Assembly: GCF_028464065.1 (NCBI RefSeq)
Contig: NZ_CP116808.1
Span: forward strand, 943,886 to 1,007,885
Source: Saprospira sp. CCB-QB6
GTDB lineage: Bacteria; Bacteroidota; Bacteroidia; Chitinophagales; Saprospiraceae
DNA: 64,000 nucleotides
Reading direction: 5' to 3'
Both the position numbers and the translations under genes were made by a program. Below are positions 19,337-28,826 of this stretch, one piece after another. The number at the start of each line of letters is the position of its first letter. Within the stretch, counting starts at the first letter, position 1. The notes beneath the pieces are model-generated. The model was not told where the DNA came from. It saw only the letters and a list, made by a program, of their open reading frames with translations, and ran no database searches.

Positions 19337-20587
19337 ATGCGCCTTCTATATTATCTTGTTTTTGGCCTCTTTTTTTGCAGTTTTTGGGCCTGTGATGCCC
19401 CCCTTTCGCTGAGTATTGCCGAAGCCAAGCAACGAGCTCAAAAAGAGTTTCGCTTAAAAGATACTTTGGGCGTGGGGATTAAACAGGTGATGCAGGATAG
19501 CGAGCACCATTGGTTGGTGGCCTATAATAAGGTACATCGCTTGCCCGCTATTTATTTGTTTCGAGCCGAAAATGCCCGAGAACATAGCCACCATATTTCT
19601 CTCAAGCATAAGCAAAAAGCCAAGATTACAGATTTGCATTTTGAGGATGTGACCTATGACGGCAATTTGGAGCTATTGGTTTATTTGCACTACGATTTTG
19701 ACCTATCTTATCAGGGCAAAGAGTTGGTTATTTTTCGTTATCCTTTCGATACGCTTCGACAAGAAGAAATTTTTAGTTTTCCCTTGCAACAACAATGGGA
19801 ACATGTCGATTCTTTTGACCAAAAATACGGTTTGCCTTTGCATGAAAGGCGCATTGATTATTTGGTGACCCCAGAGTTTTTTGAGGGCAATATTTTACTA
19901 CGCGGAACCATTGAGGGCCGGCACAATCACTTGCTCGAATTTAGCTGGGATAAGGGTATTGAGGAGTTTAAAAAAGTACTGGATGAGGATGTCCACGAGG
20001 AGGAAGAAGAGACTCATAAAGGCGGGGTCGTCGGCAAACTCAAGGGAGCCAAACGCTTGTTTGAGGTGGTGGCGCATGAAGACGATTGCAAGGCCTATAT
20101 TATAGAAGATGTGGGAGGGCATGTTATCAAATTGCCCAAAAACATACACGATGCCCTGCTTTGTTCGCCCATCACGTCCCTCTCCAATGATGGCCATTAT
20201 TTGTTGTATATGGACCATCCCCACAACCAATTTAGACTCTATGACTTTAATGCCGACAAACAGCAGGTAATCATCCCCCAACTCTCTACTTTAGAGGGCT
20301 TGTCCACGGTCATTTGGCGCAAAAAAAATGGCCGCCTGAGTTGCCTTTTTGTGGCCGTTAATTTTGAAGAATACAGCCAAAAAACAGCCCTTTATTTTTG
20401 CGAAGAGCAAAAAGAAGGCCCCTGGAGTATCCAGGTTTTTGACCTGCCCATTCACTACGAATGCGATCTCTCTGGCGAATGCGCCCCCCTCAAAGATTAT
20501 CATTTCAAATTGGGGCCCCGCAAAAACTTTCTCTATCGTCGCAGCAAAAATGATGATTGGCAGCTTTTTCCTTTAGGCTCAGATTAA
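19337..20587 (+). CDS. hypothetical lipoprotein/secreted protein
   Basis: It has a signal peptide with a Cys (FFCSFWAC). Length is 416 aa. Confidence 0.4.
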   Translation: MRLLYYLVFGLFFCSFWACDAPLSLSIAEAKQRAQKEFRLKDTLGVGIKQVMQDSEHHWLVAYNKVHRLPAIYLFRAENAREHSHHISLKHKQKAKITDLHFEDVTYDGNLELLVYLHYDFDLSYQGKELVIFRYPFDTLRQEEIFSFPLQQQWEHVDSFDQKYGLPLHERRIDYLVTPEFFEGNILLRGTIEGRHNHLLEFSWDKGIEEFKKVLDEDVHEEEEETHKGGVVGKLKGAKRLFEVVAHEDDCKAYIIEDVGGHVIKLPKNIHDALLCSPITSLSNDGHYLLYMDHPHNQFRLYDFNADKQQVIIPQLSTLEGLSTVIWRKKNGRLSCLFVAVNFEEYSQKTALYFCEEQKEGPWSIQVFDLPIHYECDLSGECAPLKDYHFKLGPRKNFLYRRSKNDDWQLFPLGSD

Positions 20588-20592
20588 GTTAT

Positions 20593-20765
20593 TTTTTTGG
20601 GGCTGCCCCTCGCTTCGCTCGGGTCGGGCCATTTCGCGGCTCGCAGGTCTGCTCGGCCCTGCGTTTTTTTCGCTCTGCTCAAAAAACTAGGTCTGGCCTT
20701 CGGCCCCCCTACAGGCAGCTCAGCCTGCGGCGGCTAGGCCGCCTGCTACACGCAACTGGACCACT
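20593..20765. repeat. REP/MITE-like element (forward, type 1)
   Basis: It starts TTTTTTTGGGGCTGCCCCTCGCTTCGCTCGGGTCGGGCCATTTCGCGGCTCGCAGGTCTGCTCGGCCCTGC. Confidence 0.75.
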
Positions 20766-20896
20766 AACTAGCGCTTTAACAAAGTTTTTTGATGGCTTTT
20801 TGCAAAAGACCACAAGCAAAAGCTGAAAACAAGTCTAACTTTGCGGGCAGATACACCCCTTTCCCCCTTTTTTTCATCTCTATTAAAGTAGTAAAA

Positions 20897-21541
20897 ATGC
20901 TCACGCAAGCGATTCTAGAAGGGTTGGGCCTCGGCCTATTACTTAGTATCATGACTGGACCTATTTTCTTTACCATCTTACAAGTGAGTATAGAAAAAGG
21001 AAGTCGATCAGGAATTGCCCTAGTGGCAGGCCAATGGATCAGCGATTTTATTTATATTGGTATTAGTAGCTATTTAGCTAAGTTCTTAATTTCTTGGACC
21101 AAAGAAAGTGATTTAGGGCAAGACCTTGAGTTTTATTTGAGCATAGGTGGTGGCGCTTTTCTAATTCTTTTAGGCGTTCTTCTGCTCTTGAGCCCGATGC
21201 CCAAAGCTAAACCCAAAGAAGAACCACTGAGCAATAAACAAGCAGGACAATATTTCTTACAAGGCTTTTTAATTAACAGCCTAACCCCTTTCCCCCTCTT
21301 TTTTTGGTTCACAAGTATCGGAACAGCCTACAGCAGAGGCTATAGCCAAACAGATTTAATCTTTTTTGGCGTCGCCATTATGCTCATGGTTATTTTGACC
21401 GATTTTTTAAAAGTTTTTCTAGCTAGCCGACTTCGCCAATTACTTAATGAACTTTGGTTGAAACGAATACGTTGGGTCGCTAGCTTTGGCCTAATTCTTT
21501 CAGGTTTGTTGTTTTGGCTTCGGCTAATATGGCTAAGCTAA
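20897..21541 (+). CDS. LysE/RhtB-family amino-acid exporter
   Basis: MLTQAILEGLGLGLLLSIMTGPIFF is the typical LysE N-terminus. It has six TM segments. I moved the start to the ATG at 20897, because the longer ORF in the track runs into a REP. Confidence 0.7.
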   Translation: MLTQAILEGLGLGLLLSIMTGPIFFTILQVSIEKGSRSGIALVAGQWISDFIYIGISSYLAKFLISWTKESDLGQDLEFYLSIGGGAFLILLGVLLLLSPMPKAKPKEEPLSNKQAGQYFLQGFLINSLTPFPLFFWFTSIGTAYSRGYSQTDLIFFGVAIMLMVILTDFLKVFLASRLRQLLNELWLKRIRWVASFGLILSGLLFWLRLIWLS

Positions 21542-21570
21542 AGTTCCCCCTTCACATAAAAATTAGCACT

Positions 21571-22872
21571 ATGAAAAAACGTCTTTGGAAATCCTTTTTA
21601 GTGGCCGCAGCTACTCTTGGCGCTGGCTTTACTCAGGCCCAAACCGCCAACGAAAGCACCCTACTCTTTGATGCCAATTGCATGCAAGAATATGAATATC
21701 AAGCAATTGATAAATATACAGAATCGGCTTTTCATGACTTTATGTTGCAAGTTTCCCCAAAACAGAAGCTTGCGTTTAGAGTGAAAACGACAAATCTCAA
21801 TGCAGAGCTTTTAGAAACACTTCCGCAAAAAGCTTTAGGTTGCACTGATTTAACAACTATCAATGGCCAGTTTATTCAAGAGGTCAATAGCTTGAAAAAA
21901 TCAGTAAATATTGCCGTTTATAATGCGCAAACAAAGCGCTATCATATTCATCAGGTGAGTCAAATTGCTAGCTTCACAGAAAATGATAAGCAATTGAGCT
22001 ACAAAGACCGTCGCCATAGTTTTGTCTATGCGGCCAATCAAATTAACAGTGGAGAAGACCTAGATGCTACGCCTGAAGGGAAAGTTCTCTTTGTCGAAAA
22101 TGATGAATTGAGCTGCCTCAAACAACGACAGTTCCGCTCGTTTGATCGCTTGCAGCCTCGGGTCTCTGAAAATCTCTATTTCTTGGAAGGAATTGGGCTT
22201 TATCTGATCCAACAAGCTAACGGAAGTCTTCAACTAAAGCGAATCAATAAAAAGACCATTCCTGAGCATATTCGAGATATCTGTTACGAAAAGATGAATG
22301 TAGAGAATGGCATCGCTAGCCGTGGCGGTAGCTCGGTCCAAAAAACTGCTGAAGAACAGAAAAAAAGAACAGGCGTTTTATCTGCTGAAGATCAAAAAGC
22401 CCGAAAGGGAGTCATTCATGGCGAGCTAGGTTCTCCTTTTGATGTAGAACCCATTCCAGCTGAGACTAAAAAACAAACAACAGCTACAGAAAAGAAAACA
22501 ACGCCTGTAGTTAGTGATGATCCTAATTATTACATTGTACAGGAGAACGATAATCTTTATAAAATTGCGGCCAAATATAATACGCGTGTAGACGTACTTA
22601 TGGGGCTCAATAATTTAACTTCTACTACAATTGATCGTGGGCGTCGGATTAAGGTGGTAAATGATGGGAGTTATGTAGACCCTAACCCCTATGTCCGTAC
22701 CGATGAGAAATCGGGTAAGAAGTATAAGGTGCATGTGGTCCGTCAAGGAGAAAACCTTTACGATATTGCCAAAAAATACGGCCTAAGCATGACGCAATTG
22801 GTCCAAATTAACAAGCTGCCTACAGAGAAAGCTAGCATTGATCAAGAATTGATTGTGGGCTTAGCCAACTAA
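21571..22872 (+). CDS. LysM-domain protein (two C-terminal LysM peptidoglycan-binding repeats), secreted
   Basis: The signal peptide is MKKRLWKSFLVAAATLGAGFTQAQ. The LysM repeats are YYIVQENDNLYKIAAKY and YKVHVVRQGENLYDIAKKYG. Confidence 0.65.
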   Translation: MKKRLWKSFLVAAATLGAGFTQAQTANESTLLFDANCMQEYEYQAIDKYTESAFHDFMLQVSPKQKLAFRVKTTNLNAELLETLPQKALGCTDLTTINGQFIQEVNSLKKSVNIAVYNAQTKRYHIHQVSQIASFTENDKQLSYKDRRHSFVYAANQINSGEDLDATPEGKVLFVENDELSCLKQRQFRSFDRLQPRVSENLYFLEGIGLYLIQQANGSLQLKRINKKTIPEHIRDICYEKMNVENGIASRGGSSVQKTAEEQKKRTGVLSAEDQKARKGVIHGELGSPFDVEPIPAETKKQTTATEKKTTPVVSDDPNYYIVQENDNLYKIAAKYNTRVDVLMGLNNLTSTTIDRGRRIKVVNDGSYVDPNPYVRTDEKSGKKYKVHVVRQGENLYDIAKKYGLSMTQLVQINKLPTEKASIDQELIVGLAN

Positions 22873-22890
22873 ATCGATCTTGGCCCAAAT

Positions 22891-22928
22891 AAAAAGGGGG
22901 CGCTCGCCAATGGCGAGTGCCCCCTTTT
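22891..22928. terminator. bidirectional rho-independent terminator
   Basis: GGGGGCGCTCGCCA-AT-GGCGAGTGCCCCC is flanked by A and T runs, between convergent genes. Confidence 0.7.
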
Positions 22929-22937
22929 GCTTACTGT

Positions 22938-23744
22938 TTAGGGCTTTTGGGCCGCTAAAGCAAAGACCATAGGGAGTTTATCTTCTAAACCTTTAATTTG
23001 GTAGCCTTTGGGATGTGGGACCGTATTATTAAAGCAGTTATAAGGCGAAAACTTATACTCTTTGAGATAACTGAGTTGCCAACCTGCCCCTTCTGTCAGT
23101 GCGGCAGTCATCTCTGAAAGGCTGTGATTCCAGCCATAGGATTTTCCTTGAATATCGGCGCTTCGGTTGGCATAGCTTCCCTCTTCTTCGGTCTCAATAA
23201 CGCCCTGGTCAAAATAACTGTATTGAATATAACTAAAGTTATCGTCAAACATCCAGACCATAGGGTGAAACTCAACCAAAAGGAATTGCCCGCCAGTTTT
23301 AAGCAATGGTCCTATTTCTTGGCCCCATTGCAGTAAGTCGGGCAGCCAATAGACCACTCCATAAGAACAAAAAATGAGATCAAAAGGAGCTTCTTGGGCC
23401 AAAATCTTTTGAGCATCTAAAACATTACCGGCATAGAATCGGGCATTGAGCGCTAATTCTTCTGCTAAGCTTTGCGCTTTGGCAATGGCGGTTTCTGAGA
23501 TGTCTAGGCCCACGACTTCTGCGCCCATGCGGGCCAAAGACAGACTATCTTGCCCAAAATGACATTGCAGATGCAAGACTCTTTTGCCCGATAAATCTGC
23601 CTCCAATAAGGAGAGCTCTATAGACTGCAAGCTCGTTTGCCCTTGCATAAAAGCGGCTTGCTGATAAAATTCGGTTTCGGGATGCAAAGCGGCTCTTTGT
23701 TCCCAAACGGCCTTATTGGCCGCAATTTGTTCTTGGTAATTCAT
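22938..23744 (-). CDS. class I SAM-dependent methyltransferase
   Basis: VLHLQCHFGQDSLSLARMGAEVVGLDIS matches motif I. I set the start at the ATG at 23744, because the upstream part of the track ORF is REP. Confidence 0.7.
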   Translation of the reverse strand: MNYQEQIAANKAVWEQRAALHPETEFYQQAAFMQGQTSLQSIELSLLEADLSGKRVLHLQCHFGQDSLSLARMGAEVVGLDISETAIAKAQSLAEELALNARFYAGNVLDAQKILAQEAPFDLIFCSYGVVYWLPDLLQWGQEIGPLLKTGGQFLLVEFHPMVWMFDDNFSYIQYSYFDQGVIETEEEGSYANRSADIQGKSYGWNHSLSEMTAALTEGAGWQLSYLKEYKFSPYNCFNNTVPHPKGYQIKGLEDKLPMVFALAAQKP

Positions 23745-23767
23745 GCGATGGATTGATTTTTTGGATG

Positions 23768-23912
23768 GGACAGGCCCGAAGGGCCGCAGGCTGAGGGGCT
23801 GGAGCAGGGCCGCCGAAGGCGGCAGACCAAGGCGCTGCAAGCGCCGCAGGGCCGAGCAGACCTGCGAGCTGCGAAATGGCCCGACCCGAGCGAAGCGAGG
23901 GGCAGCCCCAAA
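23768..23912. repeat. REP/MITE-like element (reverse, type 1)
   Basis: It contains GCAGGGCCGAGCAGACCTGCGAGCTGCGAAATGGCCCGACCCGAGCGAAGCGAGGGGCAGCCCCAAA. Confidence 0.75.
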
Positions 23913-23914
23913 TT

Positions 23915-25147
23915 CTATTTCTTCTCTGGCATTTCTTCCATAAATTCCACCTTCTTTTCATGAGTGATATTCATGGTCGGGGTCCCTTTGTAATCTGTAA
24001 TTTTCCCCTTTACACAAATTTGCTTGCCATAGAGTTCCGTCTCTGGCGAATAAGAAAAATGTTTGATGTCTTTGCCCCAGATCGTTACAGAAAAAATCTG
24101 GTTGGGGAATTTTGTGTCCAGATTGATAAAGACAGAGCCAGATTTCGTCTTTTTGGTCGATACGACCGTGCCGCAGACGCAGGCCTTTTGATTCATAAAA
24201 ACCTGTGCATCGGCTGTGCTGATGCAATCTTTGGGCAATTCTTCATTGCTAAGAGGTGGAACATCGGCCAAGCGGCCTTCCGTCGTTTTTTCCCAGCTAG
24301 AAGGGTCCTCCATGGCTTCTAGGCGTTTTTCTTCCTCTTCGGGCAAATTGCTAAAGAAATCCAAGCCCGTTTGGGCCTCCACCTCATCCACCGAAACCGC
24401 GTAACTGATAGTTGGGTTGTTGCAGCTGCCATTTTTCATGATAAAGGCGATGGCTTTAGGCTGCTCAGCCTCTAGGTCCAAAACGACCTTAAAAAAGGCT
24501 TCGGGAATGCTCACTTTATTGGGGCCTTGCGTAATTTGTGGCAAGCCCTCCTTCAAAATAGGGCCCGTAATGACCAACATCGAGCGTTTGTGAGAAAAGA
24601 CGGTGCCTCGAACCCAACGCTCCAAGTCGGCCCAGCCCTCTCGGTTAAATTCGGGCAATTGGGGACTCATATTAGAGTAATAATAGGACTCACTAATGGC
24701 CGTTTTAGACCAGCGAAAATCGGCAGAGGGGGCCAAATGCCCGCGATCATAACCACTATACCAATAATCGGATTTTACCGCCGTTCCTGTACTGACCAAC
24801 TCATCTTCTCTAAAATCATTGGTTCGGCTAAGATTGCCTTCCATCACCGCAGGCGGGATAATATGGGCCACCCAAGCGGCCTGTTCATGGGCTTCTGAGT
24901 AATTCAAAATCATGGCGGCATGCTCAACCAATTCCCCTTCTACGCCATCTTTTGGCAGCCCCACTTTCTTCAAATCGGCTCGAATCTTCTGCAGGCGCAA
25001 CGCTTCAATTTGCTGAATGAGGGCTGTTTTCTGTTCGTCTAGGCTTTGCTTTTGAGCTTCTAGTTTTTGTAATTCTTGACCAAGGTCTTGGCTCCAAAGG
25101 CAAGCAGGTAGGGCCAAAACGAAGGCCCATAAAATAAATTGGCGCAT
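23915..25147 (-). CDS. secreted DNA/RNA non-specific endonuclease (NucA/Serratia family) with C-terminal OB-fold domain
   Basis: It has a signal peptide and the GYDRGHLAPSADF active-site motif (DRGH), and then N..SPQ...N..W..LE. The C-terminal CVCGTVVSTKK...ITDYKGTP resembles an OB fold. Confidence 0.7.
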   Translation of the reverse strand: MRQFILWAFVLALPACLWSQDLGQELQKLEAQKQSLDEQKTALIQQIEALRLQKIRADLKKVGLPKDGVEGELVEHAAMILNYSEAHEQAAWVAHIIPPAVMEGNLSRTNDFREDELVSTGTAVKSDYWYSGYDRGHLAPSADFRWSKTAISESYYYSNMSPQLPEFNREGWADLERWVRGTVFSHKRSMLVITGPILKEGLPQITQGPNKVSIPEAFFKVVLDLEAEQPKAIAFIMKNGSCNNPTISYAVSVDEVEAQTGLDFFSNLPEEEEKRLEAMEDPSSWEKTTEGRLADVPPLSNEELPKDCISTADAQVFMNQKACVCGTVVSTKKTKSGSVFINLDTKFPNQIFSVTIWGKDIKHFSYSPETELYGKQICVKGKITDYKGTPTMNITHEKKVEFMEEMPEKK

Positions 25148-25251
25148 AAGCGATGATTTGTTTTGCTGAATAAGCTCCTAAGATACTGAATCAGCAAAGG
25201 GATGCCCGCTTTCTGTTCAGATTTAAGGGAAAGTTTATTTTGATTTAGATT

Positions 25252-25500
25252 TTTTGGGGCCCGCGGCCGCCCTTCCTGGGGCGGCCGCCGCTATGCTGCG
25301 GGGCTCGCTATTCGCTCGGCCCTTCGCCAGCAAGCTGGCTCGGTCTGGCCTTTGGCCACCCCTCCGCAGCGCTGGGCCCTCAGCGGCCCTTCAGGCCTTC
25401 GCAGAAAAGCGGTATTCGTCGCTGCGCTCCTCATGCTTTGATATATCCCCGCCCACCCGCCCCTCTACGGGATTCCTTAAGGAATCCCTCAGGGAAGCGG
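25252..25500. repeat. REP/MITE-like element (forward, divergent variant carrying GGGATTCCTTAAGGAATCCC palindrome)
   Basis: It starts TTTTTTGGGGCCCGCGGCC. Its reverse-complement relative is at 48306-48655. Confidence 0.65.
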
Positions 25501-25638
25501 GCGGAACTTTTTAGACTTTAGCCATGAGATAGAAATAAAATTCCCTTTTTTTGCTTAAAAAACTCGCTAATGTCATCAAAAAGCGATAATATGAGCTACA
25601 AATTAAGACCTAGGCCTTAAAAAGCCCATTTTATCCTT

Positions 25639-28600
25639 TTGCCGATGAAGCTAATAGAACAAAAGCGCCTGCATTTTAAGCAGGGGAATTCTGATAAAGT
25701 ATATGAAGTAGACCTTTGCGAATTAGAAGCAGGGGCCTTTCTAGTAAATTTCCGTTATGGAAAAACAGGCGGTCCCCTACGAGAGGGAAGCAAAACGCCT
25801 ACGCCTGTAGATGAAACCAAGGCCCGTAATCTGTACAATAAATTGCTACAGGATAAAATGAAAAAGGGCTATTTAGATGTCTCTGAAAAGAGTCAGGCTA
25901 AGCAAGTTGCAGCTATTGAGCCTCCAGATAAATCTCTAGAAGGAGAAAAAGCACAAGCGGCTTGGATACTATACCATTTGCAGCTCGCTCAACTAGATCC
26001 AGAGGCCCAAAAGGCCCGCAACTGGAAACTCTCTAGAGTTGCTTGGCGAGCGGCCAGCCTTAACATAAAAGCCGCTGGACCATATTGCTGGGCCCTTTTT
26101 GAGCAAAATCATCGAGGTAAATCGGTAAATGATTTAGAACTCTATAGTTTGCTTTGGGCTACAGCTCAACTTGATACAGAAATAGAGGATCTCAGCAACC
26201 TATTAACTTTTTGGAGAAGCAAGAAAAAAGCGCCTACAGCTAAAAAGCTAGCTCCTTTTGTTTATTGGGAATTAGCAAACGCGGCAGGACAGCAGGCTTT
26301 GCTCGAAGAAGAACTGCCCAAACTACCTGAACTTTGGCAAAAGGCTTTGGACCGTAAAGATATGGATGCCTTAGCCTATCAGTTGCGTAAAGCTAAGGGA
26401 GATAAAAGTATGGAGGAGGCTTTTGCCATGCTCTATTTATTGTCTCCAGCCATGCCTTATTGTCGCAAGGCGCTTTTGGAAGTCATTTGCGAAATGGAGT
26501 TTCGTCCCAATAGCTTCCGCCTCCTGCGTCGCCTCTTTAAAATGGCTACTTTCCGCAAAGATGCACAGTTCTGGGGCGCCTTGGCTTATCGCTTTGAAAA
26601 GGCGAGTCCCCAATATAAAATGCCCCGCCGCAGCAATCAATATGTTTGGGTAAGCTATAACCGCATGCGACCAAAAGATGAGTTGAAAAAAGAGGATAGT
26701 CGTTTGGCCTTCTCCAATTTGACCAAAAAGTATTTTAGTGACTACATGCGTAGAGAGCTAGATCAATTGGGCCAAAAAGGAAACATTGCCTATGTAGCTA
26801 TGGCCACTAGCATCCTTCTTCAATATGATGATCATCGTGATGGGCGCACAGACCGTAGAGAAAAAAGTTGGCGCTTTGACAATAATAAACAACGTTGGAT
26901 TGCAACGGTATACCATTACCCCAGCTATTCTAGAGAATTGATCTTCAACGAAATTCTCTATGCAAACAGTCAGCGATATCTGTACGCTCCAATGAAACAA
27001 GAATGGGTTTATGGAGATAATTATGATCCTGATCAGCCCTTACCCGCAGCACTTTCAGAAACTAAATATGCTGATCTTTGGCAACAAGAACCCAAAGCCT
27101 TTTTGCACCTAATGGCAGAGGCCAAAAGTCAAAAGGTATTGGAGTTTGCCCATACGGCATTTATGGCGCATCCCGAGGCCAAGAGCTTGCAAAATCGCTT
27201 GGGATTAGCTTACTGGAAACAGTTATTGAGCCGTACATATTTGCCTATACAGACCTGGGCCCTACAGAAAATTGTAGCCACTTATGAGCAATCGGGTAAA
27301 CCCACTTCCATTCTGCTTTACCTTTTGGACCATGATTATGCAAAAGCTAGAGAACAGGCTTTGGCTTGGCTCCAAGCCGATTTCTTCGATTATTTTGCCG
27401 ATCTAGACTTGGTCTATAACCTCTTGTTGCATGAACGCCAAGATTTAAGAGCTTGGGCGCAAGAGGCCCTAGGACGTATTGTAGAGGTATATGAACCCGC
27501 TAAACGTCAAGCGCTTTTAGGTCGCTTATTAGGTTTCTTGTTGCGCTCGGGCCAAGATCGCCAGATCTTGATGACAGAGGTGGAAACGCTACTAACAACT
27601 CACTTCAAGGCCGAATTAGAACAACTCAGCTTAGATTTAATCGGGAAGTTTTTACGCTTGCCTTTACCTCAGCAACAAGCTTTCGGTTTGCAGTTGCTTA
27701 AAGGCCATGCCGCAGAAGCAATGCAAATTCCCTTTGAAGATATTCAATACCTTTTTGGTAAAACAGCCGATTATTGGCAATATGGCCTAGAATTACTCCA
27801 AAATTCTTCAGAACAAAAGCTCTTGCAAGAAGGAGAATTTCTCTTGTCTCTGCTAGAACATAAGGAAGAAGATGTTCGCTTAGGCACTCGAGAGATTTTA
27901 GTCCCACTCTATGCCCAAAATCAAGCTTTTGCTGTAGATCAAATGCAACAACTCTTGCGCAGATTGATCCGCAAAGAAAAAATTGAGGGCTTGCATGCAC
28001 TTTTTGCCGATATGCTAACTACCGAGCTAGAAGGATGTTTAGTTGAAGTGGACCGGAAGTTTATTTTCCGCCTACTTAATGCAAAATATGCCCCTGCACA
28101 AGAATTAGCCGCCCTTTTAATTGATCGTTATATCCCTTATGACTCTTTGTCTGTGGCCAATACCGTTCGCTTAGCCAATCACGAAATTGTAGCTGTGCGC
28201 GAACTTGCCTGGAAAATGTTTAAGGAGCAAAAAGATCGTATGCGCTACGAAAGAGAAGAGGCTTTACGTCTACTAGATGTAGATTGGGCCGACTCTCGAC
28301 AGTTTGCCTTTACTTTCTTTGGCGAAGCTTATACCGCAGAAGATTGGAGCCCCAGCTTGATGGTGGGCATTTGCGATTCAGTGCGCGAAGATGTACAGCA
28401 GTTTGGTCGCCAACTCATCACTCGCTTCTTTGAGGAAGAAGATGGTCCCATGTATTTGGAGCAATTGAGTCAGCACCCCCGCCCAGAACTACAACTTTAT
28501 GCAACCAACTATCTGGAGCGTTTCGCTGCGGGACATCCTGAGCGGATTCTATCGCTACGCGATTATTTCTATACGGTTTTGGCCCAAGTAAATAAAGGCC

Positions 28601-28815
28601 GAATTGCCAAAGATCGCATCTGGAGCTTTTTAGCAAAAGAAGCTAAAGCCTCTTTTGAAGTAGCACAATTCCTCTCTGATTTAGCTACTTTTGTCTCGGC
28701 CACAGCAGCTATTGGCGATAAAGAACAGGCCGTTATTGTGCTACGCGATTTGCAGGACCAATACCCCTTGCTCGAACAGCCTATTGCGATTCACGATTAT
28801 CCCACTCAATCTTAG
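25639..28815 (+). CDS. WGR-domain protein with long alpha-helical C-terminal region (MolR/YehI-like, WGR + DUF4132-type architecture)
   Basis: The N-terminus NSDKVYEVDLCELEAGAFLVNFRYGKTGG...DETKARNLYNKLLQDKMKKGY matches the WGR fold, with YGKTG in place of WGRIG. It is followed by about 950 aa of helical repeats. Confidence 0.65.
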   Translation: MPMKLIEQKRLHFKQGNSDKVYEVDLCELEAGAFLVNFRYGKTGGPLREGSKTPTPVDETKARNLYNKLLQDKMKKGYLDVSEKSQAKQVAAIEPPDKSLEGEKAQAAWILYHLQLAQLDPEAQKARNWKLSRVAWRAASLNIKAAGPYCWALFEQNHRGKSVNDLELYSLLWATAQLDTEIEDLSNLLTFWRSKKKAPTAKKLAPFVYWELANAAGQQALLEEELPKLPELWQKALDRKDMDALAYQLRKAKGDKSMEEAFAMLYLLSPAMPYCRKALLEVICEMEFRPNSFRLLRRLFKMATFRKDAQFWGALAYRFEKASPQYKMPRRSNQYVWVSYNRMRPKDELKKEDSRLAFSNLTKKYFSDYMRRELDQLGQKGNIAYVAMATSILLQYDDHRDGRTDRREKSWRFDNNKQRWIATVYHYPSYSRELIFNEILYANSQRYLYAPMKQEWVYGDNYDPDQPLPAALSETKYADLWQQEPKAFLHLMAEAKSQKVLEFAHTAFMAHPEAKSLQNRLGLAYWKQLLSRTYLPIQTWALQKIVATYEQSGKPTSILLYLLDHDYAKAREQALAWLQADFFDYFADLDLVYNLLLHERQDLRAWAQEALGRIVEVYEPAKRQALLGRLLGFLLRSGQDRQILMTEVETLLTTHFKAELEQLSLDLIGKFLRLPLPQQQAFGLQLLKGHAAEAMQIPFEDIQYLFGKTADYWQYGLELLQNSSEQKLLQEGEFLLSLLEHKEEDVRLGTREILVPLYAQNQAFAVDQMQQLLRRLIRKEKIEGLHALFADMLTTELEGCLVEVDRKFIFRLLNAKYAPAQELAALLIDRYIPYDSLSVANTVRLANHEIVAVRELAWKMFKEQKDRMRYEREEALRLLDVDWADSRQFAFTFFGEAYTAEDWSPSLMVGICDSVREDVQQFGRQLITRFFEEEDGPMYLEQLSQHPRPELQLYATNYLERFAAGHPERILSLRDYFYTVLAQVNKGRIAKDRIWSFLAKEAKASFEVAQFLSDLATFVSATAAIGDKEQAVIVLRDLQDQYPLLEQPIAIHDYPTQS

Positions 28816-28826
28816 TCTAGCTCAAT

